Notes under the pieces: model-generated
What the model was told of the DNA's origin: nothing
The model's database searches: none
The model's input: the letters and a program-made list of their open reading frames with translations, nothing else
Shown here: positions 21,501 to 30,275 of the stretch, in pieces
How the letters are laid out: every line of letters starts with the position of its first letter
Position numbering within the stretch: the first letter of the stretch is position 1
NCBI GenBank assembly: GCA_031418215.1
Contig: JANOXC010000154.1
Location: 1,716 to 65,715, forward strand
Direction of reading: 5' to 3'
Length of the DNA: 64,000 nt
Origin: Bacteroidota bacterium
GTDB taxonomy: Bacteria > Bacteroidota > Bacteroidia > AKYH767-A > OLB10
Made by a program: the position numbers and the translations under genes

Positions 21501-21750
21501 TATTATCACACCAAACGGTGACGGACAAAATGATGTTTTACTTATTGAAAACATAGGTTTCTATCCGAACAACGTCATGAAGATATTTAACCGTTGGGGT
21601 AAAGAAGTGTACAATGAAGGTGGTTATAACAACACAACCAAGGTGTTCAAAGGCGACAATTTAGCTGAAGGTACTTACTTCTACATCCTTGAATTAGGAA
21701 ATGGTACTGATCCTAAGTCAGGAACTTTGACTATTGCAATTGGAAAATAA
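18547..21750 (+). CDS. large Cys-rich secreted protein with type-B T9SS (gliding-motility-associated) C-terminal domain
   Basis: Signal peptide; 1067 aa. C-terminus IITPNGDGQNDVLLIEN..FNRWGKEVY..GTYFYIL. Its N-terminal ~450 aa are paralogous to 21952-24684. Confidence 0.75.
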   Translation: MKKIITLLCLVSTILVSSITKVNASHAVGADLTYTYVSANVIHIKLRFYRDCSGIPAPLTAAIDISSVSCGIIQPTVNLPLISSTQIVTSDCIDTSQATTCNGGPRYGVEEYIYEGDVTLPQGCTDWIFEFEECCRNTNQTMSGGPYLYVSTSLDNLNYPTNSSPQFLSYPATSFCVGNPFYYKQEAFDPDGDSLVYSLVDAQTNGGALVNYIFPYSGIYPVASSTPITIDQTGQIFLTPSQIQTAVMCVQVEEYRNGIKIGAVKRDIQIKVESLCDPNLIPKYDALADSVGVNVPCGTFAFDVPFKRDVQCGSIVNDDFRVINSLGFPIPIISITGYNCAGGLTDSIRIVLSEPFTYGSNYVWTKTGSDGNTILGKCGFGAFTFDTIEYIVNDPSPYQLVSDSVGCVLNSFTTDLSEYVYCYSVDQDGSSLQLIDAGNGNNPLPIVSTYTYCGPSGDSLSNQILINFPAQQTPAGPLYLIVKTGTDNNTIANSCGRFLNVGDTLAVYYIDNVIPTSLGGDLDACTNNNEIPVALNSGYTSAGGLTFQWYLNGGAISGETNATYSAAATGSYSVIVSATAFCKGTDTIDINVINVPVIDLGPALRDICRGDSILLDMGAGSTNYLWYYNQQNTATGQTLYANLDGQYVGAIVTVGPNPINHLCFSSDTVVLVNHDYPVLVLSDQTVCSSTLPFVIDAGNSGASYQWSNGATQQTVSTSTAGPYSVTITNFPSCAVNDSMYLTVLISPTANLPIGIAQCTSDPAPTLDPGFTGAQSYLWTDGSGATVSTDSVFTPPVTAGTNTYTVVITNGPCTATDQTVFTVNSAPTLNALGTQAICEIDPAAVLDANYSGATVTYLWSTGATTQTISASTTNDYIVTVTENGCVSKDTVTLTVQQQLAAPVIACGGGSSSSYLFVYTWNDIVGNTGYEVSTDKTTWIPANTPSGPTSHGSNETAPTFYVRTKMNGGCLFGKTSDPIACAPVVPNIITPNGDGQNDVLLIENIGFYPNNVMKIFNRWGKEVYNEGGYNNTTKVFKGDNLAEGTYFYILELGNGTDPKSGTLTIAIGK

Positions 21751-21772
21751 AATTACTGATTCTTCAGTTCAA

Positions 21773-21809
21773 CCCCCTGTTTAACTACAGGGGGTTTTTT
21801 TATTTTTTT
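21773..21809 (+). terminator. rho-independent terminator
   Basis: CCCCCTG-TTTAACTA-CAGGGGG followed by a T run of about 15, 23 nt after the stop. Confidence 0.65.
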
Positions 21810-21951
21810 TTCCTACCTAAAGATGGTTTGTTTTTTAGCCATCTCTGTTTTATATATATACAGATTTTATTTATCCTGGATGCTTCCTATTTCCTGTTTA
21901 TTACGTCTATATATATAATTAACAGATTATTAATTTAAAAAACTCCCCAGC

Positions 21952-24684
21952 ATGAAAAAATCCTATTTAATATTTGTACTTACAATTTTTGCAACCTTTA
22001 GCATTCAGACTGCACATGCTTCTCATGCTGCAGGTGCTGACCTCACTTACACTTATGTAAGTACAAACACTATTCATCTCAAGTTGCGTTTTTACCGCGA
22101 CTGCAGCGGCATTCCTGCTCCAATAACTGCACTTATTAATATAAGCTCTGCATCATGTGGACAAAATTTTTCGATAAACATGCCTCTTATCAGTTCATCG
22201 GAATTTTTAACTTCTGAATGTATTGATACTACACTTGCATCAACCTGCAATGGAGGAAACCGGCTGGGAATTGAATTATATATATATGAGCAGGATGTTA
22301 CATTGCCAACCATTTGTACTGACTGGATTTTTGAATTTGTAGAATGCATGCGTAACGGTAACCAGACTTTAATATCTAATCCATGCCTCTATATAAGTAC
22401 TACTTTAGATAACCTGAATGGTTCATACAATAGTTCACCACAGTTTATTTCCACAGCCGTTATATCTTTTTGCCTGGGCGTTCCGGCAATGTATGTGCAA
22501 AACGGTTTTGATTCTGATGGTGATTCATTGGTGTATTCACTTGCTTCGGTGCAAGGAGCAGGTGCATCCAATGTTAATTATATCCCTCCTTATTCAGGCA
22601 CATATCCCATCTCTTCCTCAACTGGATTTAACATCGATCAGCAAGGTGTCATCACTTTCACTCCTAATAAAATTATGGTTGGGGTCATTTGCATGCAGGT
22701 TGATGAATATCGGAATGGAGTAAAAATAGGTGGAGTACGAAGAGATATCGAAATACATATCACGAATGCTTGCAGCATCAATGCTGTTCCACAATTTAAC
22801 AACCAAATTTCATCAAATGGTGTGATTGTTCCATGTAATGCAATGGAATTTGATGTTTTGTTTAATCGTATGGTACTGTGTAATTCTGTAATCAGTGACG
22901 ACTTTCGCGTAATAAACGCAATGGGTTTTCCTGTTCCTGTTGTTGGCGTAAACACCGTGAGTTGCAATGGAAACCTCACGAATAAAGTCCACATCACCCT
23001 GTCGCAACCGCTTACCTGGGGCAATAATATTTTAATTATAAGAACAGGTTCAGATGGCAATACAGTTGTTGGAAATTGTGGATTTCAATTCCCTGCAAAT
23101 GATTCATTATTACTTATTTTAAATGATCCTGTTCACTGGCCGGTAAGTATTGATACTGCCGGTTGTCTCTTCAGCAATTTTGAAGTTGTGTTCAATGATC
23201 TATTATATTGTTTTACGCTTGATCATGATGGTTCAGCATTGCAATTGTTTGACGCCGGAAATAACAACGCTGTGATTCCTGTTGAAGCATCTTATTCTTA
23301 TTGCGGCCCTTCAGGTGATGACAGCTTATCGAATAAAATTTTAGTTGTCATTGACAGCTTACAGGCTTTAACCGGGCCATTATACCTTTTAGCGCAACAA
23401 GGAAGTGATGGTAATTCCATTGCCAACAGTTGCGGAAATTTTCTGAATTCAGGTGATACATTGGCAATCATTCTTATCGATAATTATTTGCCGGTCACTT
23501 TGCCTGATCTAACGTTAGGCTGTTCTAATTCACCTGTTTTATTAAATACAGGATATAATGGTTGCAACACCTGCATCACTCAATGGTATTTCAACGGGCA
23601 GCAGCTCACAGGTGCTGTATTATCAGAACTTACCGCTAATTATTCGGGCTTATATAGTGTCCGTATTATTAATGGTACATGTATCGGCGAGGATTCAACA
23701 TTGGTTAAAATACTGGAAGTACCAGCGTTTGATTTAGGTGATGATATTGCAAACTGCAATGGCGACACCATCCGGCTTACCATGCCTCCGGGAGGTGAGT
23801 TTTATCAATGGTATCTAAATGGTCTAGCTTATGAAATGGATCCAACCCTAGATGAAGCTATTTCAGAGCCTGGAGAATATGTCGGACTCATTGTTGTAAG
23901 TGATTCGTCAGGCTTTTTATGCTTCTCTTCCGACACAATAATAATCAGAGATGTCCCTCCATTTATTTCCTCATTGAATGACCTGCTCCTTTGTTCCACA
24001 GACCTTCCTTATACATTGGATGCTGGTAATTCCGGCGCCCATTATCTCTGGGAAACTGAATTAAATGACACCTTACAAACGCTAACAGTTAACAATAGTG
24101 GCCAATATACAGTCGACATTTCATTCAATCATGGTTGTGTAGCCTCCGATTCAATGACTTTATCAGTTATAGAACAAGCAGAAGCGCCTGTTGTAAATTG
24201 TAATATTTCTTCTTCTATAAATTATTCTAGTATTTATAGCTGGACTAGCGTACAGGATAATGACGGCTATGAAGTGAGTTATGATGGATATTATTGGTTC
24301 CCTCCAAATACTCCCCAGGGGCCTGAATCACACGGAGAAACGTATGCGCTATCTAATTTTTATGTGAGAGCTATAACGATGGCTCCTTGCTTAGAAAGCC
24401 ACATTGGAGAACTGGATAACTGCGGTCTTGTTGTACCAAATATCATTACTCCAAATCGTGATGGACAAAATGATCAGTTTATTATTTTAAATATCGATTT
24501 GTATCCTGAAAATAGTTTAAGAATTTATAATAAATGGGGAATTATTGTGTATGAAGCGGATGGATATAACAATACTTCAAAAGTGTTTGATGGAGAAGGG
24601 CTTGCTGTTGATGCATATTTTTATACGCTAATTCTGGGTAATGGCAGGAAAGGGAAATCAGGTTCGTTAATCGTTTCAAGGTAA
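21952..24684 (+). CDS. paralogous Cys-rich secreted protein with type-B T9SS C-terminal domain
   Basis: 910 aa with a signal peptide. Same N-terminal architecture (SHAAGADLTYTYVSTNTIHLKLRFYRDCSGIPAP..). C-terminus VVPNIITPNRDGQNDQF..IYNKWG..AYFYTL. Confidence 0.75.
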   Translation: MKKSYLIFVLTIFATFSIQTAHASHAAGADLTYTYVSTNTIHLKLRFYRDCSGIPAPITALINISSASCGQNFSINMPLISSSEFLTSECIDTTLASTCNGGNRLGIELYIYEQDVTLPTICTDWIFEFVECMRNGNQTLISNPCLYISTTLDNLNGSYNSSPQFISTAVISFCLGVPAMYVQNGFDSDGDSLVYSLASVQGAGASNVNYIPPYSGTYPISSSTGFNIDQQGVITFTPNKIMVGVICMQVDEYRNGVKIGGVRRDIEIHITNACSINAVPQFNNQISSNGVIVPCNAMEFDVLFNRMVLCNSVISDDFRVINAMGFPVPVVGVNTVSCNGNLTNKVHITLSQPLTWGNNILIIRTGSDGNTVVGNCGFQFPANDSLLLILNDPVHWPVSIDTAGCLFSNFEVVFNDLLYCFTLDHDGSALQLFDAGNNNAVIPVEASYSYCGPSGDDSLSNKILVVIDSLQALTGPLYLLAQQGSDGNSIANSCGNFLNSGDTLAIILIDNYLPVTLPDLTLGCSNSPVLLNTGYNGCNTCITQWYFNGQQLTGAVLSELTANYSGLYSVRIINGTCIGEDSTLVKILEVPAFDLGDDIANCNGDTIRLTMPPGGEFYQWYLNGLAYEMDPTLDEAISEPGEYVGLIVVSDSSGFLCFSSDTIIIRDVPPFISSLNDLLLCSTDLPYTLDAGNSGAHYLWETELNDTLQTLTVNNSGQYTVDISFNHGCVASDSMTLSVIEQAEAPVVNCNISSSINYSSIYSWTSVQDNDGYEVSYDGYYWFPPNTPQGPESHGETYALSNFYVRAITMAPCLESHIGELDNCGLVVPNIITPNRDGQNDQFIILNIDLYPENSLRIYNKWGIIVYEADGYNNTSKVFDGEGLAVDAYFYTLILGNGRKGKSGSLIVSR

Positions 24685-24702
24685 TCCTATTCGTTTAGTG
24701 GA

Positions 24703-24740
24703 ATAAACGTCTGTCTTATTCGGCAGACGTTTATTTTTTA
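24703..24740 (+). terminator. rho-independent terminator
   Basis: AAACGTCTG-loop-CAGACGTTT followed by ATTTTTTAT. Confidence 0.55.
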
Positions 24741-24784
24741 TCCACCTTTGCACCTGGTTTTATTTTAGCATTGTCTAATCACTT

Positions 24785-25738
24785 ATGAAAGTAACAGAAC
24801 ACTTAAAAAAGGCAACAGGTCCTCTTTTCTCCATTGAAATTCTCCCGCCGTTAAAAGGTAAAAGTATTCAGTCTATATACAATGCTATTGACCCGTTACT
24901 GGAATTTAAACCGGCATTTATTGATGTTACTTATCACCGGGAGGAGTTTGTTTACAAGAAAAAGCCCAACGGGTTATTGGAAAAAAAATCGGTGAAAAAA
25001 AGGCCCGGAACTGTTGGCATTTGCGCCGCCATCATGAATAAATATAAGATTGATGCCATTCCACATATCATCTGTGGTGGTTTTACAAAGGAAGAAACAG
25101 AAGATGCTTTGATTGACCTATCCTTCCTTGGCATCGATAATGTTTTAGTATTAAGAGGCGACTCCATAAAAAGCGAAGGAGCATTCATGCCGGAACCCGG
25201 AGGAAACATCTATGCATCTGACTTATTGCAACAGGTTGCAGCAATGAATAATGGTAAATTTATGGAGGATGATCTGCTTGATGTGGAGCCTACCACTTTT
25301 TGTATCGGTGTAGCCGGCTATCCAGAAAAACATTTTGAATCCCCAAATCTAAGATCTGATTTGAAATACTTGAAACAGAAAGTAGATCTTGGTGCCGAGT
25401 ATATCGTCACACAAATGTTTTATGACAATAAAAAATATTTTGAATTTGTAAAAATGTGCCGTGAAATTGGCATTGATGTTCCAATTATTCCCGGACTAAA
25501 AGTGCTTACCACAAAGAAACAATTGAACGTTTTACCCAGCTTTTTTCATATTGATATGCCACATGAGTTGGCCGAGGAAGTGGAGAAAGCACGCGACAAT
25601 GAGCAGGCCCGCGAAATTGGTATTGAATGGTGCATTGAACAATGTAAGGAGCTGATCAAGCATAACGTACCTTGCCTCCATTTTTACACAATGGGTACTT
25701 CAGAAGTTTGTAAACGCGTTGCACAGAAAGTTTTTTAA
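24785..25738 (+). CDS. metF: 5,10-methylenetetrahydrofolate reductase
   Basis: N-terminus ..PLFSIEILPPLKG and MTHFR fold signatures; 317 aa. Confidence 0.85.
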   Translation: MKVTEHLKKATGPLFSIEILPPLKGKSIQSIYNAIDPLLEFKPAFIDVTYHREEFVYKKKPNGLLEKKSVKKRPGTVGICAAIMNKYKIDAIPHIICGGFTKEETEDALIDLSFLGIDNVLVLRGDSIKSEGAFMPEPGGNIYASDLLQQVAAMNNGKFMEDDLLDVEPTTFCIGVAGYPEKHFESPNLRSDLKYLKQKVDLGAEYIVTQMFYDNKKYFEFVKMCREIGIDVPIIPGLKVLTTKKQLNVLPSFFHIDMPHELAEEVEKARDNEQAREIGIEWCIEQCKELIKHNVPCLHFYTMGTSEVCKRVAQKVF

Positions 25739-26105
25739 TTCTTTGTTAATCGTGAAAAAAATTTATCATTTAGCTACCTGTACTACTAACCAGCGGATTT
25801 TAAAAGAATTAAAACCCGGCAAAGACTTCGTGATGCAAGAAATTAAAACGGAGCCCATCAGTGCAGATCAGTTGAAGGAAATGTCATCACTGGCAGGAAG
25901 CTATGAAGCACTTTTCAGCCGAGTAGCTTTGAAATACCGATCGCTGGGATTAAATGAAAAGAAACTTTCGGAAAAGGATTACAGAGATTATATATTAAAA
26001 GAATATACTTTTTTAAAACGGCCTGTTATTATCATTGGTGATCAAATTTTTGTTGGCAATGCTCCAAAAAATATTGCAGCAGCCAAATCAGCAATGAAAA
26101 AATAG
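25719..26105 (+). CDS. ArsC/Spx family protein (arsenate-reductase-like thioredoxin fold)
   Basis: About 115-aa core with LATCTTNQR-type N-terminal Cys and ..KRPVII motifs. The true start is probably downstream of the drawn ORF start, near 25750. Confidence 0.55.
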   Translation: MHRKFFNSLLIVKKIYHLATCTTNQRILKELKPGKDFVMQEIKTEPISADQLKEMSSLAGSYEALFSRVALKYRSLGLNEKKLSEKDYRDYILKEYTFLKRPVIIIGDQIFVGNAPKNIAAAKSAMKK

Positions 26106-26107
26106 GA

Positions 26108-27007
26108 ATGAAGCGCTGGCAGGCACACCTCGCTGTATTTATTGCCAACCTTATTTATGGCGCCAATTATTCGATTGCCAAAACCGTAACTCCTCTTTAT
26201 ATAAAACCGTTTGGCTTTATAGTATTACGGACATTAGTTGCAACCATATTATTTTGGGTGGCAGGTTATTTTTTTCCTAAAGAACAACTAAAGAAAAAAG
26301 ATTTATTGCGCCTTTTAGGTTGCGCCTTATTTGGAATTGCAATTAACCAGCTGTTGTTCTTTAAAGGATTATCTCTTACCAGCCCGATCAATGCTGGGTT
26401 GATGATGATTAGCAACCCGATTTTTGTACTCTTACTTTCTTTCGCAATGCTGCATGAGCAAATTACCTGGATGCGTATTATTGGAATTGCCTCTGGAATT
26501 GCAGGTTGTGCGATCTTGATATTATACGGCGGACGATTTTCTACCGTTCAATCATCATCCATTGGTGATTTATGCATCCTGATTAATGCATTATCCTATG
26601 CTGTTTATTTAATATTGGTGAAACCGTTGATGGGAAAATATCACCCTGTAACAATTATGAAATGGATTTTTCTATTCGGTGCCTTAATGGTACTGCCTTT
26701 TGGCTTTTCGGAATTTAATGAAGTGCAATGGTCATTGTTTGATAATAAAATATGGATGGCAACCGTATTTGTGGTGATCGGCAGTACCTTTTTTGCATAT
26801 CTCTTTAATACATTGGGATTAGTTACCTTAAGTGCATCTGTTGTTTCAGTATATATATACATGCAACCGCTTTTAGCAGCAGGTTTTGCCTTACTGCTTG
26901 GAAAAGACTCGCCCCATTTGCTACATGGCATTGCTGCCATATTGATTTTCTCAGGTGTTTACCTAAGTATCAAGCCTAATTCGCGGAACATCAGTCCTTC
27001 CGCATAA
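26108..27007 (+). CDS. EamA/DMT superfamily transporter
   Basis: 10 predicted transmembrane helices in two EamA-like halves; 299 aa. Confidence 0.75.
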   Translation: MKRWQAHLAVFIANLIYGANYSIAKTVTPLYIKPFGFIVLRTLVATILFWVAGYFFPKEQLKKKDLLRLLGCALFGIAINQLLFFKGLSLTSPINAGLMMISNPIFVLLLSFAMLHEQITWMRIIGIASGIAGCAILILYGGRFSTVQSSSIGDLCILINALSYAVYLILVKPLMGKYHPVTIMKWIFLFGALMVLPFGFSEFNEVQWSLFDNKIWMATVFVVIGSTFFAYLFNTLGLVTLSASVVSVYIYMQPLLAAGFALLLGKDSPHLLHGIAAILIFSGVYLSIKPNSRNISPSA

Positions 27008-27042
27008 AAAATATACTTTTGCCGTAAATAGCAGTTCAGCTT

Positions 27043-27915
27043 ATGATAAGATCAATGACAGGATATGGAAGCGCTTCCGGACAGGTTGCGGGATATAAGG
27101 TAACCGTTGAAATGCGGTCGCTCAACAGTAAATTCCTGGAGTTGAATATCCGCACACCCTCTCTTTTTCGCGATAAAGAATCAGATATGCGACTCGAGTT
27201 TTCAAAAACTGTAGAACGGGGAAAATTGGATATTGCGATTAATATTGATAACAATGAAGTAGCCAGGAGAAGTACGATCAATAGAGAGATTTTCAAAGCC
27301 TATTATGATGAACTCAAAAGTCTTTCTTCAGAATTATCAATGGAAGAGGCAAATTGGGTGGATACCGTTTTAAAGCTGCCACAGGTACTGAACTCTGATA
27401 AATCTGAATGTACAGAAGAACAGTGGAAAGAAATGCAGCAATTGATAACGCAGGCTACAGAAAAATTCAATCAGTTTCGTGCTGAAGAGGGGAAAGTGCT
27501 GGAAGATGATCTATCTGAAAGATTAAAATGCATTATTCAACTACTGGAGGAAGTTGTACCATTCGAAAAAGAGCGTATTGAAAATATCCGCCAACGTATT
27601 GCTAAGAGCATGTCGGAAATACGTGAAATAACCAATGTTGATCAAAATCGCTTTGAACAGGAATTAATATTTTATATTGAGAAGCTTGACATCAGCGAAG
27701 AGAAAACACGCCTTCGTGCACATTGTAATTATTTTCAGGAAGCCATGAAAGGAAAAGAGGCAAATGGCAAAAAACTTGGATTCATTGCACAGGAAATTGG
27801 ACGTGAAATAAATACACTGGGAGCAAAAGCAAATGATGCCAGCATTCAACGCCGAGTAGTAGAGATGAAAGACGAGTTGGAAAAACTGAAAGAACAATTA
27901 GCCAACGTTTTGTAA
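27043..27915 (+). CDS. YicC/YloC family protein
   Basis: N-terminus MIRSMTGYG and a conserved C-terminal helical region; 290 aa. Confidence 0.8.
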   Translation: MIRSMTGYGSASGQVAGYKVTVEMRSLNSKFLELNIRTPSLFRDKESDMRLEFSKTVERGKLDIAINIDNNEVARRSTINREIFKAYYDELKSLSSELSMEEANWVDTVLKLPQVLNSDKSECTEEQWKEMQQLITQATEKFNQFRAEEGKVLEDDLSERLKCIIQLLEEVVPFEKERIENIRQRIAKSMSEIREITNVDQNRFEQELIFYIEKLDISEEKTRLRAHCNYFQEAMKGKEANGKKLGFIAQEIGREINTLGAKANDASIQRRVVEMKDELEKLKEQLANVL

Positions 27916-27923
27916 TAATTAGT

Positions 27924-28490
27924 TTGATGCAGAAGTTAATATTATTTTGTGGTCCATCAGGAAGCGGAAAAACAAGTCTGGTTCATCACCTGCTTGAAAA
28001 ATATCCCTTGTTTACCTTTTCAGTTTCTGCAACTACTCGTTCGCAACGAAAAAATGAAACAAATGGTAAGGATTATTACTTTTTGTCGGTTGAGGAATTT
28101 AAAGATAAAATAGAAAATGAAGATTTTTTAGAATGGGAAGAAGTGTATCCCGGAAAATTTTACGGCACGCTTAAATCAGAAACCGAAAAGCTATCTTTAT
28201 TGGGTAAAGTGGTTCTATTCGATGTGGATGTGAAAGGCGGATTATCCATAAAAAAATATTATGGCAAAAGAGTTCTTGATGTATTTGTAATGCCTCCCTC
28301 ACTCACAGAATTAAAAAAACGTTTGGTAGCAAGAGATAGTGAAACACAGGAGTCATTAGAAAAGCGGCTCGCTAAATCAGGACTGGAAATGAATTTCGCA
28401 GATCAGTTCAGTTACATTATTGTGAATGATGAATTCAAGAAAACAATGCATGATGCAACAGCCCTTGTAGAAAATTTTTTGGCAGAATAA
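27924..28490 (+). CDS. gmk: guanylate kinase
   Basis: P-loop GPSGSGKTSL and Gmk signature; 188 aa. Confidence 0.9.
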   Translation: MMQKLILFCGPSGSGKTSLVHHLLEKYPLFTFSVSATTRSQRKNETNGKDYYFLSVEEFKDKIENEDFLEWEEVYPGKFYGTLKSETEKLSLLGKVVLFDVDVKGGLSIKKYYGKRVLDVFVMPPSLTELKKRLVARDSETQESLEKRLAKSGLEMNFADQFSYIIVNDEFKKTMHDATALVENFLAE

Positions 28491-28507
28491 ATAATCAAAT
28501 TATACCA

Positions 28508-29083
28508 ATGAAGATAGGCTTGTTTTTCGGTACTTTTAATCCTGTCCACAATGGTCATTTTGTGATTGCAGGTTATATGTCGGAGTTCACCGATATACAG
28601 CAGGTATGGATGGTAATCTCCCCTCACAATCCTTTAAAAGCTGCCGGTTCATTGTTGCAGGATTATCATCGCTTTCATTTGGTTGAGTTGGGCATCAATA
28701 ATTACAAAAAAATAAAAGCGTCCAAAGCAGAATTTAAATTGCCAAAACCAAGTTATACCATTCATACGCTTGCTTACCTTACTGAAAAATATCCGCAGCA
28801 TGAATTCGCTTTGATTATGGGTAGTGACAATCTGGAAAGTCTGCATAAATGGAAAAATTATGAGATGATTCTCGAAAATCATGAGTTATATATATATCCA
28901 CGACCGGGATCTGATGGCGGACAATATAAAGATCATCCACATGTTAAAATAATCAATGCGCCGTTGATGGAAATCTCAGCAAGCTTTATCCGCCAGAGCA
29001 TAAAAACAGGTAAAGATGTAAGGTATATGATGCCACAAGCGGTTTTTGAATTTATTGATGAGATGCACTTTTATAAAAAATAA
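28508..29083 (+). CDS. nadD: nicotinate-nucleotide adenylyltransferase
   Basis: GLFFGTFNPVHNGH nucleotidyltransferase motif; 191 aa. Confidence 0.85.
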   Translation: MKIGLFFGTFNPVHNGHFVIAGYMSEFTDIQQVWMVISPHNPLKAAGSLLQDYHRFHLVELGINNYKKIKASKAEFKLPKPSYTIHTLAYLTEKYPQHEFALIMGSDNLESLHKWKNYEMILENHELYIYPRPGSDGGQYKDHPHVKIINAPLMEISASFIRQSIKTGKDVRYMMPQAVFEFIDEMHFYKK

Positions 29084-29207
29084 TCAACGAATTACGAATA
29101 AAAAACAAATATACAAATAGGTTTTTGGTAAGGGAAGATCATTGTATTACTGGGTAATCATATGTTTTTTTGATTCGTAAATTAGTATAGATTCGTAATT
29201 CGTTGAT
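29083..29207. mobile_element. MITE-like element, copy B (125 bp), with 17-bp terminal inverted repeats ATCAACGAATTACGAAT / ATTCGTAATTCGTTGAT
   Basis: Perfect terminal inverted repeats. Left terminus abuts or overlaps the nadD stop codon. Sub-terminal similarity to copy A. Confidence 0.55.
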
Positions 29208-29244
29208 GATAAAAAGTACTGCTCCTTGAAACAAGGTATCTCAT

Positions 29245-29937
29245 TTATGCCTGTACCATATTCAAAATTGACTCAAAAATCAATCTGCCATTGGTATTTC
29301 CCAAAACTTGTTCCGATGCGCGTTCCGGATGCGGCATCATTCCAAATACATTTCGTCCCTTGTTGCAAATACCTGCAATAGCATCGAGCGCACCATTCGG
29401 ATTACTTTCAGGAGTGAGTTCACCTGCTTCATTGCAATAGCGGAAAAGCACTTGATTATTGTCATTCAATGATTTTAATGTTGGCGCATCACAATAAAAA
29501 TTTCCTTCTCCGTGTGCAATTGGAACTTTAATAACCTGACCGATACGTAAGCGTGATGTAATCAGGCTTTCATCCGTTTCACATTTCAAGTAAGTGTTCT
29601 TACAGCTGAATTGATGATGCATGTTGTGCAATAATGCGCCGGGTAATAAATTCGATTCACACAAAATTTGAAAACCATTGCAGATACCAAAAACAAATCC
29701 GCCCTTTTCAGCAAATTCCATTACTTCCTGCATGATTGGGGAGAAACGTGCAATAGCACCGGAACGCAAATAATCACCATAAGAAAAACCACCGGGAAGA
29801 AGAATAAAATCACATCCCCTCAAAGTATGCTCCTTGTGCCAAAGCACTTCAACCTGCTGGCCCATCACATCACGCATAACATGAATCAGATCACGATCAC
29901 AGTTAGAACCGGGAAAAACTACTACGCCAAATTTCAT
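29245..29937 (-). CDS. purQ: phosphoribosylformylglycinamidine synthase, glutaminase subunit
   Basis: [17 protein letters not shown]-terminus; class-I glutamine amidotransferase Cys/His; 230 aa. Confidence 0.9.
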   Translation of the reverse strand: MKFGVVVFPGSNCDRDLIHVMRDVMGQQVEVLWHKEHTLRGCDFILLPGGFSYGDYLRSGAIARFSPIMQEVMEFAEKGGFVFGICNGFQILCESNLLPGALLHNMHHQFSCKNTYLKCETDESLITSRLRIGQVIKVPIAHGEGNFYCDAPTLKSLNDNNQVLFRYCNEAGELTPESNPNGALDAIAGICNKGRNVFGMMPHPERASEQVLGNTNGRLIFESILNMVQA

Positions 29938-30027
29938 TTGCTTAATTTTTTACAAAAGTAAGAAATGCTTCAGATAAACAGCCGTTGATAGCTGCAATAA
30001 AATTACAATATCTCATTGCAACAATAG

Positions 30028-30059
30028 CAAAAAAGGTCTCCGGTTTAATTTCGGAAACC
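30028..30059 (-). terminator. rho-independent terminator for the bTHX gene
   Basis: On the minus strand, GGTTTCCGA-loop-CCGGAGACC followed by TTTTTTGC, about 25 nt after the stop. Confidence 0.45.
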
Positions 30060-30081
30060 AATTCAACATTCAATCATTTAC

Positions 30082-30207
30082 TTAGCCTTTTTTAGGCACT
30101 TTGGCAGCAGCACGGGATGCTATATTTTGCTTGCGTGCAGGACGGGTTTTTCCTTTTGAACCAATAATTAGCTTGCCTTTTCCGGAGCGTTTATCACCTT
30201 TTCCCAT
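30082..30207 (-). CDS. 30S ribosomal protein bTHX
   Basis: 41-aa ORF missing from the supplied track: MGKGDKRSGKGKLIIGSKGKTRPARKQNIASRAAAKVPKKG. The GKGD(K/R)R..GK motif is typical of bTHX in Thermus and Bacteroidota. Its own terminator lies downstream. Confidence 0.55.
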   Translation of the reverse strand: MGKGDKRSGKGKLIIGSKGKTRPARKQNIASRAAAKVPKKG

Positions 30208-30275
30208 ATTATTTGAATGATTTTAGCAAAAGCAAAAATAAAAATGAGAAAAAAAACTTCCAAAAAATAATTAGA

